Below are positions 37,051 to 49,988 of a stretch of DNA of 64,000 nucleotides, in pieces (position 1 is the stretch's first letter; every line of letters begins with the position of its first letter). Where the stretch lies: NCBI RefSeq assembly GCF_009834535.1, contig NC_045697.1, positions 59,150,001 to 59,214,000 of the forward strand. The letters are read 5' to 3'. Source of the DNA: Camelus ferus. Taxonomy: Eukaryota. The position numbers and the translations under genes are program-made. The notes below the pieces were generated by a model that was not told the DNA's origin, searched no databases, and saw only the letters and a list, made by a program, of their open reading frames with translations.

Positions 37051-37900
37051 TGGTACATGGAAATTATTAGATACTTAGCACTGTAGGACAGGGTAAACAT
37101 GAGACTGATGGTAAACTTATGACCATGGATGATATTTCCTCAACAGAGTCTGTTGTATGGGAGAGAAAAACCAAAAGAAAAAATAAATAAAATAAAATAA
37201 AGAGAAAAGAGCCTGGTGCAGTTCTTGAGAAATAGCTTATGTTAAAGCACTGGTAGAGTAAAGGAAGCTGTCAAAGTGAGAGTGATCAGGGAGTCAGAAA
37301 GGTGGGAGGAAAAATAGAGGAGTACGCTTTAGTGAAACCTAGGAAAGTGAATGTTTCAAAGACCGAGTGATCAAGAGAGCTAAATATTGCAGAGAGAGCA
37401 AATAAAATAAGGACCAAATGAGAAGTTTCATTAGAATTAGTAGTAAAAACATACCTTTGGCAAGAGCAGTGTGAGCGATGGAGGCAGGTCAGATTTGTGC
37501 AGTGAGCCTTAAGCAGAGGTGAGGAAATGAAGACAGTGAGTAGAGACAACATTTCAAAGAAGTTTGCAGAGGTACAGGTATAAGTCAATAGCTGAAGTGG
37601 ACTATGGCGTTAAGGGTTTTGTTTTTGTTTTTTGCTTTTTTTTTTTTTTGGTTTTTTGTTTTAGTTTGCAGGAATATTTTGTGAAGGAAGCAGCAGAGAT
37701 GGGGAGGTTGATGATGCAGAAGAGAGAACAGGTAATTAAGTAAATCTGAAGGTCTTCTGAGAAATGTGAAAAAATGGAACCCAACATGTGGAACAAGGAC
37801 ATATTTAATCTGAGAGAAGGTGAAAAGGACAGACAATGATGCAAATTAAGTAAAGAAGTGTGTGTTCTATTTTTTTCTCAAAAGAAGGATCTAAAGTCAT
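37050..37900 (-). mobile_element. LINE-2 fragment
   Basis: aaataaaataaggacc...ttggcaagagcagt...gtgagtagagacaac motifs. Confidence 0.55.
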
Positions 37901-38069
37901 CTGGCTGATAATAATACGAAGGTTTGAAGAGAGGGGTCATGATTTTCAACATCTTCAAAAACTGGAAAGAGAACTGATAGTAAAATACACACGTATTACA
38001 GGTCTGCAGCTTAGAGGACCAAACAGAAGTTGGAAGACAAACATTTATAAAGACCAAGGGCACTAGAAG

Positions 38070-38520
38070 TTTGCATATTCCTTGATCTACTGTGTTTGGA
38101 TTAGAAATTTATCCTAAAGAAGTAATTATAGATGTACCCAAAATAGAGCCATAAGGGTATCCATGATGGAATTTATGATAGTGGAAATCAAACCAATTTA
38201 AATGCCCATTGATAAGATTTGTCTAAAAAATCATGGTACATTTATAAATGGAATATCATGAAGCAATTAAAATTGCTTTCAAATATTTAACAGCCTAAAA
38301 TATGTTTGTAATATGTCTAATGAAAAATTGGAGGTTATAGAAGAGAACATGCAGTATGATTCCTTTTTTTATAAAAATGAACTTACATCGATACAAAAAT
38401 GACACATAGTGTTAAAAAGTGGTTACCTCTATGAGTGATTTATATTTCCATTTGTTCTTGTTTATACTTCTTTCTATTATAAGCATTTATAATTGCTATC
38501 ATTAAAATACTTTATTTTTA
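38070..38520 (+). mobile_element. Ancient L1M (L1ME-like) 3' fragment
   Basis: aaatttatcctaaagaa...aaatgcccattgataag...aatcatggtacatt...atggaatatcatgaagcaattaaaa. Confidence 0.6.
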
Positions 38521-39309
38521 TAGGATTTATCAGGAGTTTTTTGACAATCTAATAAACAATTCATGATAGTACAGCATACTGTAAACCATTGTTCTGAGGA
38601 ACATTATTCTACGTGCTGTTAATAGGTATTCTGGGTATAAATGCTCACAAATGTTTGTAAAACTTCACTTTAGTTAAAGCTTCACAGAAATGATTTTTAA
38701 TAGTAAGAGTTTGCACAGAACTTCTAATATGTTAATTTTCATTGAGAATCTTCTTTGGCAGTTTTAATTGACACTGAATTCTTTATGCCTTAAATATTTA
38801 TCACCATTCCTTAAAACTAGTATTTCTTATACTACTTACATAAATGGTGTTAGCGTATGTTTCCTGAGGACCATTAATGGTCTTTACCTTGGATTCCTTA
38901 TTTTCATGACACTGATAAGCAAGAGCAGGGATATGAATTTTATGGGCTGATAAAAATGGTCATTGTTTAGAAATCTATCTTCAAGAGTGCACTATTCAAT
39001 ATATACAGTTTAGTTTTTCTCATTTCAGATATACCATTTTTTAGGTGACAGAACTTTTGCACTGCTTCAGAAATGCAACCGTCGTGCCTTTTAACCAATT
39101 TAAATCAATGAAACGATGTGATTGAACAGTGCTCATAAAAATCATTTCTAAGAGATAGAACAACCAGTGTTATAGAAAATAAAGATATATAAAATATGCT
39201 GACATAAAACTTTAAAATCTAAGCTTTTTTCTTTAATGGCTTCTCTCTTCATCGTGTTTGTGAGATTAAAATGAAGGCTGAATTACACTTTTTACCTTTT
39301 AAATTTAAG

Positions 39310-42300
39310 ATGTGTAATCTTGAACCTGTGGTGGTATGTATAATTTTCCTCTTGTTACTTATTCAAATATTCTACTTATCATAGGTTACATTTTATATTT
39401 TTAAAAACATATGCCAAAAATTCTATATAATTCATTGAGTAATGAGGGAACCAGTAAGATGTTATAACCAGTTTGCAGTAAAATCTAAAGAGCAGACACC
39501 TTACATAGGCTCTTGTTGAACATTCAAAAAAAATTGCAAAACTGGCAAAATTGGTCAATATTCACAGAGCAATAATCAATTTCATTCCACCAAGCACAGT
39601 TAATTTGCCCTTCCATGGTCAAGAATCATTCACACTGATATGCTACAATTTAAAAAATCATAAAATAAATCAAAGTGATGAAAAGTGCAAATCCCTTAGA
39701 GTCAGAAAACCTGGAAAAGGTGTGCTCTAGACAATACATGATTTTCCATTGAAGACATCTAGTAATCTTTCTGGTACCTTTCAAAGTCTCTCACAGTTTT
39801 CCCTGACAGTTTCCCCTTACCTTGTAATCATGAAAACCCCAAAGAAAGATTTTCTTACTTACAAAACAAGGCTGGTCTCAGTAGTTTGGCCTGATTATTT
39901 ACACAGGTGCAGTAAGAGTATTAATTTACTATACAGACTTTTTTAAACCTCTTGCAAATCGAGAACCATACAATAATTAACAATTACAAACACCAAAGGG
40001 TTAACTTCTGCTTGGAAATTTTCATAAATTATCTCAGATTTGACTTATAAAATCTTGTGTTATTTACTAGCTCAAGGTGATGAAATGAAGCCCCAGATAC
40101 TCTCTCCACCACATCCACCTGCAGTAGCTCTAAATTGGTGAGATTTTTCTCTCTTCTCACAGTTCCTCAGATTTTCTAATGTTTTTGATCTATCAGGAAG
40201 TAACCTTCCTTATTACCTCTAAGACAGGGCCCTCTAAACCAGGTATCTGGCAGTTTTCCTGGGAGAGGTTTGTAGGCATTGTCTCCATAATAAAGTTAGC
40301 TTTTGTTTCTCAAAAGCAGCTTGTCATATCTGATTAAATGAGCATTGTTCTCAAATATGACAGTCTTGAGATAAGGCCATGGTTGTACAATCATCTTGTT
40401 CTATTATACTCTGGTAAAAAGGAAGACATTCTTATCAAACCCATACAAATAACTATACTGGCATAAAAGTAAAGAGAAATAGTAAGAGTTTCTGAATTTG
40501 GTAAGTGAGAATTAGGTATCATTTAAAATAATTCCTTTCAATTTACAAAACCAGAGTTTATTCAATTGTTCTGAGTTTCAGAGAGCTTCAAAAAGAGAAA
40601 ACACTTCATTATATCCAGGAAATAGAACACTAAAGCAATATTAATAATATTCCCCTCCCTTAAAAAAACACATTAAAATTTCCTCATCAGCTCATTCAGT
40701 CCTCTGTAATTAATTCTTGTTCTGTTGGATATTGGGTTAGCATTTTTATGAAGCCATCTGCTTCTTGAATGAAGAATTCTGGAAATCCTGACTTAGTCTA
40801 TTGGTACAATCTAAAACTGGTCTAAACGATGTCAGGTCAGAAGCATGTATCCAACATTCTTTTCCTTGAAGTGTCAATAGTGTGAAGTACCTAGAACAGT
40901 CTTTTCCCACAAGTCTTAGGACTGTCCTTCATTGTAGGAGACTGATCTTTTTTGTTTTTAAGGAAGTCAGTGATTGTTTTATCTGATTATTTAAAAAATG
41001 GATGGAATTTTTTATAGAAGAAAAAAATCTTGATACAACATATAATGATCCTGAAACATAACATACATATCCTTGGTATATGAAAAATACCAAGTAAACC
41101 CTGGAGTAAGACTTATACATTGGTTAGTTTGATATGAATCCCATTTAGAATCACTGGCCTAGAAGCTAGTAAATCCAAATTAAAGAAGGTAGTGGTCCGT
41201 AAACATTTTAAGTAATAATTGAAATTATGACTGATAACATTATGCTGTTATTGACTAATATTATTACATAAAATACCAACAGAAACTGAAAAATTCAGAG
41301 AAACTTGAAAAATCTATTTCATAAGCGTTTTGATCAATGTTTTCCCTGAGGTAAGATATATTATTGGAAGCAAAGGCATTAACAAATACCCAAAGACTTC
41401 CCCTAAATTGTGAAATTTCTGGAATATTTATATTAATAACATTTTACCAATATCAATTTAACCTAAGGAAAGCTGAGTGTCTTCTGATATGACAAATCTG
41501 CCTATGCAATTCATCAAACAAACCCAGTTAGATACTTTTAGCATCTCTTTTTAAGAGATAAAAGAACAAATTGTTGTGATTTTCCAGGGACCCTCTGATA
41601 TAGTCTGATAATTTTAGATATAAAAATAACTTGAAAATTTTATGTTATTTTTCTGCATTTAAGTCCTGATTTTTGAAAGGTAAATTGAAAAACGTTTTTA
41701 GGAGAAATTTGGACACTTGATTTAAAAAGAGGATCCTGAATACCTGAGAAACAGTACTTGGTTAACCATTTAGTTAAAGTGACAATAAAGCATAGAAAAA
41801 ATTCTTAGATGTTAACAGGATTAAGAACCTTGCTGGAGACTGACCTTAAATTTACCAACTTCATATAATTTATTAGGCCTTAAGTATATGAACTTGGAAT
41901 CTTAAAACATTTCTGAGTTAGTTTCTGTAAGAAGACTTTTTTTTGTCTAGCATATTTAAAATATTTAAAGTTAAATTTTCTTATTCTCCAGAAATTTTAG
42001 GAACATTTAATTTATATATTCATTTATTTACCTCTAAAACAAATCAGAGCAGAGCTCTCTTAAGTAACTTATAATCTAATTATTAATACTCTCTGGAAAT
42101 AGAAAAACATTTCATAGTAATGGATCAACATATAAAGGCCTTTTGAATTGCCAACACACAGAAATGAAGACATACAATAAGCTTATAAGGTAAAATCTAC
42201 AATTTTAAGATAAAGAAATACAGGAGGCATAAAAACACACCTCAGAAATCCATATACAAAGAGTTGTTTGTTATCCTTTCTGGTGGACACAACATTCTTG

Positions 42301-42560
42301 AATTATTTGAGCTCAAAATAAATAAAGGAAGACAAATCAACCAGATTCTCCATGAGCTCTCACCCAACAGAGAATAAATCTCTATAATTTATTAATCTAT
42401 TTTCAGAAATCACTAAGTGATCAAACCATAAAACCAAATTGTCAATCATTGATGCCACCAATTGATAATAATTTATCTGCCCTCTGCGCACCAAAAACTA
42501 AACAAAAAATTAGCAGAGAAAAGCTAGAGAAATAGAAAAGTTCTATTGATATTTATGATT
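39310..42560 (-). mobile_element. Degenerate ERV1 (MER4-group-like) internal sequence
   Basis: AT-rich, ORF-less block with motifs recalled from MER4-type internal regions (gagggaaccagtaagatgtt, tttcataaattatctcagatttgac, ttctcaaatatgaca, ggaagacattcttatc). Confidence 0.5.
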
Positions 42561-43307
42561 TATCTCTGGGAGCTCAAGGAAAAGTATGCCTGGGCTTGCC
42601 ATCTATTACATGCAGTCATCTGGCAGCACATTTTATCAGTCTCTGTCATGTGAAGCCACTGGGCATCTTGGTGGATGGGTTTTAAGATGATAAAATTAAG
42701 ACTTTCATGGAAATATAAAATGAACACATCAAAGATTTTATTTAACTCATTACCTGATGAGGGACCCAGTAAAGATGTTACAATTGATTCCTGTGCTCTT
42801 CTTTTTTACTTCCTTATGTTAATTCACCAAAGCTTTTCCATTGATTTGTGTAACTTACTATCTTTGCTTCCGTATCTTCAGGCTGATTCCCTACTTTTGT
42901 CAGTTGGCTATTTTTTAGCTTATTTCAAAAATAATTAAATTTAATCTTCATTTTATAAAGAGGTTTTCTATATTATGTTGAGAAATAGCTCTCAGGGATT
43001 TTATAAAATTTGGATTTTGAGTTTCCAGGGTAATATCAGTTACCTAAAGGGGAAAACACCTATGTCCGTTTTTCTCTTTTCAAATTTTTCTTCTAAACCA
43101 TGTTTTGCTTGTCAAACATTATTGCTGAAACCCTCTTTTGACTTAGTAATATCTGGAAATATTTTGCATTCTAGTTATTTGCTTACTATTGTTAACAAAT
43201 TTCTCTTGGGGATGACATGAGGATGACTAATACTCAGAAAATAATAAGAGATATAACAAAATCCAAGGTCTCAAGAAAACAAAATGAAGTAGAAATGTTG
43301 CCACATT

Positions 43308-43400
43308 TCCTCCCTCCCTCCCTGCTTCTTTCTTTCCCTTCTTTCTTCTTTCTTTCCTTCCTTCTACCTTCCTTCCACCTTCCTTCCTTTCTTCCTTCCA
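43308..43400. repeat. Pyrimidine-rich (TTCC/CTTT)n repeat
   Basis: Read directly. Confidence 0.9.
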
Positions 43401-43744
43401 TCATTTTCATTCATTTATCTTACAGCAATTCTCTCTCTCTCTAGATATTCTGCTCCTTGAAGATGAAGGCAGTGAAGTGTTCAATTTGTATTCCAGTCAA
43501 CACTTAATGGGAGCTCAATAAATGTTTGCTGAATGGTTTCAATAAAACAGACAATCTCAGAATTCCATGGTTGAGTTTGCTCTCTCTCTGTGAGCTGTAA
43601 ATTTCTTTGGACTCTCAGAGTTATATTTAAAAATTAGGCACTTGAAACATTTGTATGTATATGTATGTATGTGTTTATGTTTATATATATTCACACACAG
43701 GTTTTAATGGCTCTGTGGTTTTATTACGTAATACTTAATATACA

Positions 43745-44731
43745 CCCTATCCAGGTTTTGTAGATTCTGAAGCTTATAAAATTTTGTTGGCTCATTAAGA
43801 AAATGAATATAAAATTACGTATATAAAATTAAGTATGTAAGTGAACATTTACTTAGAATGAGAAATCACTGCAAATATCACAAGGATCATAAAATCCAGG
43901 AAAAATAAAACATCTTTATTAATTAAATGCATAACATACCTCTGAACTACTTTCTTTTCCTTTTCTTTTGTCTTCATACCCTTTGATTTGCCTTTTTATG
44001 GCAAGAATCGTAAACTGTCACTTACTACAGAGAGAATAGAAAGATAATGTAGTGTCCCTCTAGCATAACTGATTGGTTATTATTTTTTAATAATACATTA
44101 GAAAAACTTCTTTAGCATCACAACTCATTATTTATGACATTATTGATGTCAATTTTTGGGGGCTGCTCAAATTTGGGGAAATCTTTATGGACTTTATTTC
44201 ATGTATAAGCTACAAGACTTGGAAGAATTTTCTAGAAACTAGATTCTGGCTGCATACATTCAAACCTTGTTTCTTCTCAACTACCCACACACTTCCACCA
44301 CCAGGTGCTTCAGTATAAGTTCATCCTTTTGTCCTGTACCATCATGTTATGACACTGGACAAATCAGCACAGTATGCAAGGAGTAATCCTGGAATACATT
44401 CCTTCACCAGGATAGTCAGTAGTACCTTAACTATACATGCAAGCTATTCTACAACACCTTTACTCCCCAACTCAGCTTACCCATAGCTGGTTCTGAATGA
44501 CCAGGGCCACTCCAATTCATTCGACATGAAAGAAAGCTGATGAAAAGGGAATCAGAATGGAAACAGACATATGTCTTAAGAGATTATAGATAAATGTTTT
44601 ATTTTTGCATATTTATAAAAAGATGTGAGCTTGTGAAACATTGCAAGTGTGCCTCCCAAGGCTTGAAATGAGCAAGGCAAAGAAACAAACCCAACACTAA
44701 GGTTTACAGCTTCATGGTAAATCCAACTCTG
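43745..44731. mobile_element. hAT-Tip100 (Zaphod-like) DNA transposon remnant
   Basis: ccaggttttgtagattctgaagcttata start and agcttcatggtaaatccaactctg end resemble Zaphod-type termini. Confidence 0.5.
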
Positions 44732-44734
44732 GTG

Positions 44735-44945
44735 TCAGGCACTGTACTTTTAAGTGGCTTACATGTATTAGCTTAGTTAATATTCATATTAAATACTTTG
44801 ATACTAATGATTCTCCCCACTTTATAGATGAGGAAAACTGAGGCATACCTAGGTTCGGAAACTTGCCCAAGTTCACAAAGTTAATGAATGGCCAAAGAAA
44901 ATGAGCTGAGGCTCTTTGGCTTTAGAACCTGCACTGTTAACTCTG
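44735..44945 (-). mobile_element. MIR SINE
   Basis: ccccactttatagatgaggaaaactgaggc...acttgcccaagttcaca. Confidence 0.75.
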
Positions 44946-45634
44946 TTCATTGTTGTGCTTGCTTTGGTATTACACACTTAATTCCTTTTAGAAGTCTCCC
45001 TAAAATATGCCTTAAAACATCTATACTGTTTATCTGCTAGAGTTGCCAGGTGTCACCTGGCACAGTGCTGTACCTACCTTCTAAACCTTATTTTGAGAAG
45101 CATGGTCAAAGCACGTGGTACTGTTGTCTTCTATTTATCAAAAGTGAATAAAGCTGGGACTATGTGACTCCTCAAGTTACACAATTATATGCAGTACCCA
45201 GAAATGTGTCCATTTCTTGTACCATATCTAATACTATTTAATATAATGCCAACATATTGCCAACCGGCTACAAAATAACATGTGTTAATTTAATCATATT
45301 GTCTGACTACTACCAATGCCAATCAAACATGATAGTTACAGTCAGTTGTATCGCTTGTGACTATGAAAAAAGAGAAAAAAAAATTCTGGTGTATCTAGTA
45401 ACTAAAACTTACCTGTTTTCCAAAAAAAAACTTGACTCTTCAAAAATTTTAAAAAGTCACAGGTACATCTTAGATCTTCAAAATCTTAAGTAAATTTAAA
45501 CGAGGCATAATTTAAACTCTGAGGTTATCTATTTTATTAATTATCACGCCACCATCAGTGCTCTTGGTAATTGCAATCAGCAATAGCTCCTGTATAAAAG
45601 TCATCACTAATTACACTATCACTGTTAATCTTGA

Positions 45635-45840
45635 TTGAATATCTGCTGTGTATCAGATAACATATACACTTTATCTCAATTGATCCACAAGAAAATTAAA
45701 AAAAACTTGTAAGGTGGGAATCATCATATCCTCTTTATAGTGAAGTTGAGGCTAGGAGAAGTTAATTAATTTACCCACAGCTACACATCTAGTAAAAATG
45801 GCATATTCAGGATTTAAATTAGGATTAAAGCTCAAATTAT
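45635..45840 (-). mobile_element. MIR SINE
   Basis: tgaggctaggagaagttaattaatttacccacagctacacatctagtaa. Confidence 0.6.
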
Positions 45841-45899
45841 CTTCATTAAAGTCCACTCCAACAGAAGAGGTAAACTGTTGAAGACATCTTTTTGACCAT

Positions 45900-46349
45900 T
45901 GCATTAGTTTCTTAGGGCTTTTTATAACAGATAATCACAACTCGGGGGTTTAAAAACAATAGAAACTTGCCTCACGGTTTGAAGTCTGAAATCCAGCTGT
46001 CAGCAGGGTCAGGCTCCCTCTGAAGACTCTAGGGAAGACTCTGCCTCTTCTTTCCTTCTGGTGGGTGCAAGCAATCCTTGGTGTTCCTTGGATTATAGCT
46101 GCATCTCTCCAGTCTCTGCCAGTCAGAGGGAATAAGCTTTATTTGCCGTGTGTATCCAAGCATCTCCAAATCTCCTTCTCTTTATAAGGACACCAACCAT
46201 CGGATAGCATGCCCACCCTAATCGAGGATGACTTCAACTTAATTTGATTACAACTGCAAAAATCCTATTTCCAAATAAGGTCAATTCATAGGTACCAGAG
46301 GGTAAGACTGGAACCTGTCTTTTTCAGGACATAATTCAACCCACTAAGA
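45900..46349 (-). mobile_element. MLT1 (ERVL-MaLR) LTR
   Basis: tgcattagtttcttagggct...ttataaggacacc...cctatttccaaataaggtc...gacataattcaaccc. Confidence 0.85.
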
Positions 46350-46888
46350 CTCTCTTCACTCTGGAAAGTCTGCTGGTACTCTTCTCTCCATCTTGACTTG
46401 TCAATACATTTATACCTCCTTTAAGACAGCTCAGATACTACATTTAGTCTTTTCTCACTTTCAGCTGGAAATATTCTTATTTTCAGGATTCATGAAGTAC
46501 TTTGTTTCATGAATACCATAAGAATCAACAATTTTTTCATTCAGTTACATGCCTTGTTTCACTTAAAATATTGTTACCTATTAAAAATATAAAATTATTA
46601 TTTCTTAAATGTCTTTGTTGCCCATAATGTCCATCCTTGAAGTAAATATAATATGCATTCAACAATTGTTTGTTAAATCAAATGTCTTCACTTGATAGTT
46701 TCACAAACTTATCATTTTTCCTTTAGGTATTTCTGGATTTTGATGTTGAGTATATAGAATACTTCTCATTTAAATTCTCTATGAATTTCAGCAGATTATT
46801 TTCTTTAGGTTTAAGAAAAAAAAAACAGGTTTCTCCACAAGACTGGAGAAAGAGGGGAAATCTTCAAATTATTTAAAAGAGAATAGCA

Positions 46889-47031
46889 GGGGTGAGGGTA
46901 CAGCTCAGTGACAGAGTGTATGCCTAGTACGCACAAGGTCCAGGGTTCAATCCCCAGTACCTCCACTTAAAATAAATAAGTGAATAAATAAATACACCTA
47001 ATTACCTCCCCCAACAACAAAAGATAAAATT
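46889..47031 (+). mobile_element. tRNA-derived SINE (camelid Vic-1-like)
   Basis: GGGGTGAGGGTACAGCTCAGTG...GGGTTCAATCCCCAGTACCTCC with AATAAA-rich/CCTAATTACC tail. TSD gaatagca at 46881-46888 and 47032-47039. Confidence 0.88.
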
Positions 47032-47504
47032 GAATAGCAAATGTTAGTACTATTTGTCAGAAACTGCAAATTCTCAAAATCAGAAATGATAAACCACTGA
47101 AGATTGCTGATAAAAACTAGGCCCACCAACAAAAATTTATTTCGTAGAATGCTATTCGGGTCAATTCTATTTGACTCAGTTTGATTTAATTTAATTCAAC
47201 AAATGTTTATTGAGATCCAATTATGTACAAAAAGATTTAAGACTTTCAAAAATGAGTAAAACATTCTATCTGTTTTGAAGAAAATTAGATTTTAATTAGT
47301 GTTTGAGGTAGAAAATAGTACTATATTTACAAAATATACATCAGTTGTCAGAAAATATTCTAGACATTCTATTCATAAAATATTACATTTAACTCATACA
47401 GTATCCCTGAAAAGAAAGTATGGTTATACATATTTTAAAAATCAAATTTGGAGATTTTGATAATAAGAATAATTATATAACATAATCTTTATTATTATAA
47501 AAGT

Positions 47505-47780
47505 TAATATTTTAATGCATTTACCATGTACCAGTAACTGTTCTAAACACTTAACATGAGATATCTTATTTATTCACCACAATATTTGTATATTAACTAA
47601 AAACTGTTGTTTTCTGCATTTTATAGATGAGAAGATTTGGACATAGAGAAATTAAGTGTCAAACAGTATGTAAGTAATTGAGCCAAGATTAAGGTAACTT
47701 TTAAGGCCACACAGTCAGTAATAGTGAGACTGGAATTTCAACTTGAGCTTGTGTGATAACCAAAGTCCATGTTCTTTTTT
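47505..47780 (-). mobile_element. MIR SINE
   Basis: cattttatagatgagaag...agagaaattaagtg...aaggccacacagtcagtaa. Confidence 0.6.
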
Positions 47781-48666
47781 TCTTCATGCTGTTCCCAGGT
47801 GCTTAAAAAAAATGAAGCCATGTACATACAAAACTGTAATATAAGGCCAAGTATATGAGGTGAGAGTGTTATAAATTGCCATTGGAGTTCTGAGGAGGAC
47901 TCGGCTAATTAGGGAAACTTTAATGGTAGAGTTGACCTTTTAACTGAATCTCAGTGAGTCAGATTTAGCAGTGACACATATCTTACATAATTTCACTAAG
48001 TGCATTCATGAGTGCCCCTAGAAATTCTATACTTCTTTTGTATGAATCCTCAATCTGGAAAATGAACTTCAAACAGGATATAAAGACCACAAGAAAATAA
48101 AGTCACATATACCTCAAAGCATGCACAAGAAAATTAAGGAAAACAAGAATTTTCCTTGAAAGGGAAGGTAAGGACTGGCATTTTTGATGGAAGAGGCTGG
48201 AAAGGAGACATACACTTACACACACATCACACTTCCTAATTTTTATGAGCAAGAATTGCTTCAGAAAGAGCAAAGAAAAGGGACTAGCAATGTTATGAAT
48301 AGATAGAGGCTCCCCTCATCTAAGGCTGAAATGTGCTCCAAGCAAAAGTGTCTTCAGCATCTAAGTAAGAGGCATATCCAGGACAAGACCTGGCAAAGCC
48401 CACTATGAAAGCAACTGTTTGAGGTATTTATCATAACACTTGTGTATTAGCTAAATGAGGAATGTTCATTGCGGGATTTGATTCCAAGAGGCAGAGCACA
48501 CTATGAGTTTTAGTCATTTTACACATACCTCAGATTTGGTTAACGTTGTTTGCTGTTAATTAACTGTTTTGATTTGCTGAATAGAATATTTATCAATAGA
48601 GGGTCAGGCTATCCAGGAATTGAATGCCTACTATAGACCAAGAGTTTTAAATACGTATTTGTATTC

Positions 48667-49199
48667 TCTTGGAGATCATGGCAGGCCACCCCAAAATATG
48701 CCACAATGGCATACTGATTACTTTGAATTGAAGTTGCTTGAGAAGCAGCCTATGCAGGAAGGAAACCATGACCCTCCCCTGTCCCCCGGAAAGGGAAAAA
48801 TAAGTATCTCATATGAAAGGTGCACTCTCTGCATCCGGAGGTGGATGGACACTCTTATCACCAAAGATAGGGAATTTAGAGCTGGAAAGCCTATATAAGC
48901 AAACCTTGTTACTTTACTACCCCAAGCCCCAACTCTGTTTAGATTCTTCACTAACTGAGCACCCAAACCCCAAGTTTCTTTGTCCTGTCAATTCCTCGCA
49001 AATTTATTATTTGTCTAAAACGTATAAAAGCTGCCTGCTTTGGCCACTTCTTAGCTCCATTTCAATGGGAACTCTGTGTTCATGAATTTAAAATTTGTTT
49101 CTTCTTCTCCTGTGAATCTGTCCTGTGTCATTGTTTTTCTATTAGTCCAGCCACAAGCACTCAAGAGTGGTAGAGGGAGAAATCTCCCCCTCCTTGACA
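48667..49199 (+). mobile_element. Solo ERV1-class LTR (MER34/MER39-like)
   Basis: gccaccccaaaatatgccac...gattactttgaattgaag start motif; TATAAAA near 49023; ends ...CA. 4-bp TSD attc at 48663-48666 and 49200-49203. Confidence 0.8.
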
Positions 49200-49719
49200 A
49201 TTCCTATATACGTAGGAATACCTACAAGTGTATCACTTCATGAATGAAGAAACTCAGGTTAAAATAAATTAAAGAACTTATTTAATTTCCAAAAGTTAAC
49301 AAAGGGCATGCGCAGGATTGGAACAAAGATTTGTCAGTTCCAAAGCTCAGTCTCTTTCATCTGTATGAAGTTGAATACTTTTTCCCTTAGTATTGAATGG
49401 GGGCTTAGGCCAACGAAAATGTCATTCTTTCTTTGCCTTGCCTACTGTAAAATAAAGTAGACTGCAAGCCCCAGGCATCTCAGATATAAGAGGTTCATAA
49501 AGCATAAACCGTAAAGCATATTTAATCATGATAAATATGGGTAGTATATTTCTTGGATCTTCCCTCATTTATTTAGTGTTTATCAGTCATTCTTCAATCC
49601 AGCATTTAAAACCTGGAAAGCTGGAACCCTCAATATTATTTGCTTTGTTAAATCATTTTTAGGATACGTCTGTAGTGCACAGTTTAAGATCTAGACCAGA
49701 AATAAAATCTATTCACATA

Positions 49720-49988
49720 CTAACATGGCCACCAGGGCAGGAAGGGGATGGGAAGTGATAAATTGGGAGTTCAAGATTTGCAGATACTAACTACTGTATA
49801 TAAAATAGATAAACAACAAGTTTATACTGCATAGCACAGAGAACTATATTTAATATATTGTAGTAACTCATCATGAAAAAGAATATGAAAACAAATAAAT
49901 GTATGTATATGTATGACTGAACTATTACCCTGTACACTAGAAATTGACACAACATTGTAAACTGACTATACTTCAATTTAAAAAAAAT
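49720..49988 (+). mobile_element. 5'-truncated LINE-1 3'UTR, same family as 4503-4796
   Basis: Clear similarity to the 4.5-kb copy (gggagttcaagatttgcagatactaactac...gactatacttcaatttaaaaaaaa). Confidence 0.85.

Noticed and set aside
46889..46962. Apparent tRNA gene (also at ~21625-21700)
   Set aside because: tRNA-like head of a SINE: followed by the family tail, bounded by TSDs, with degraded stems.
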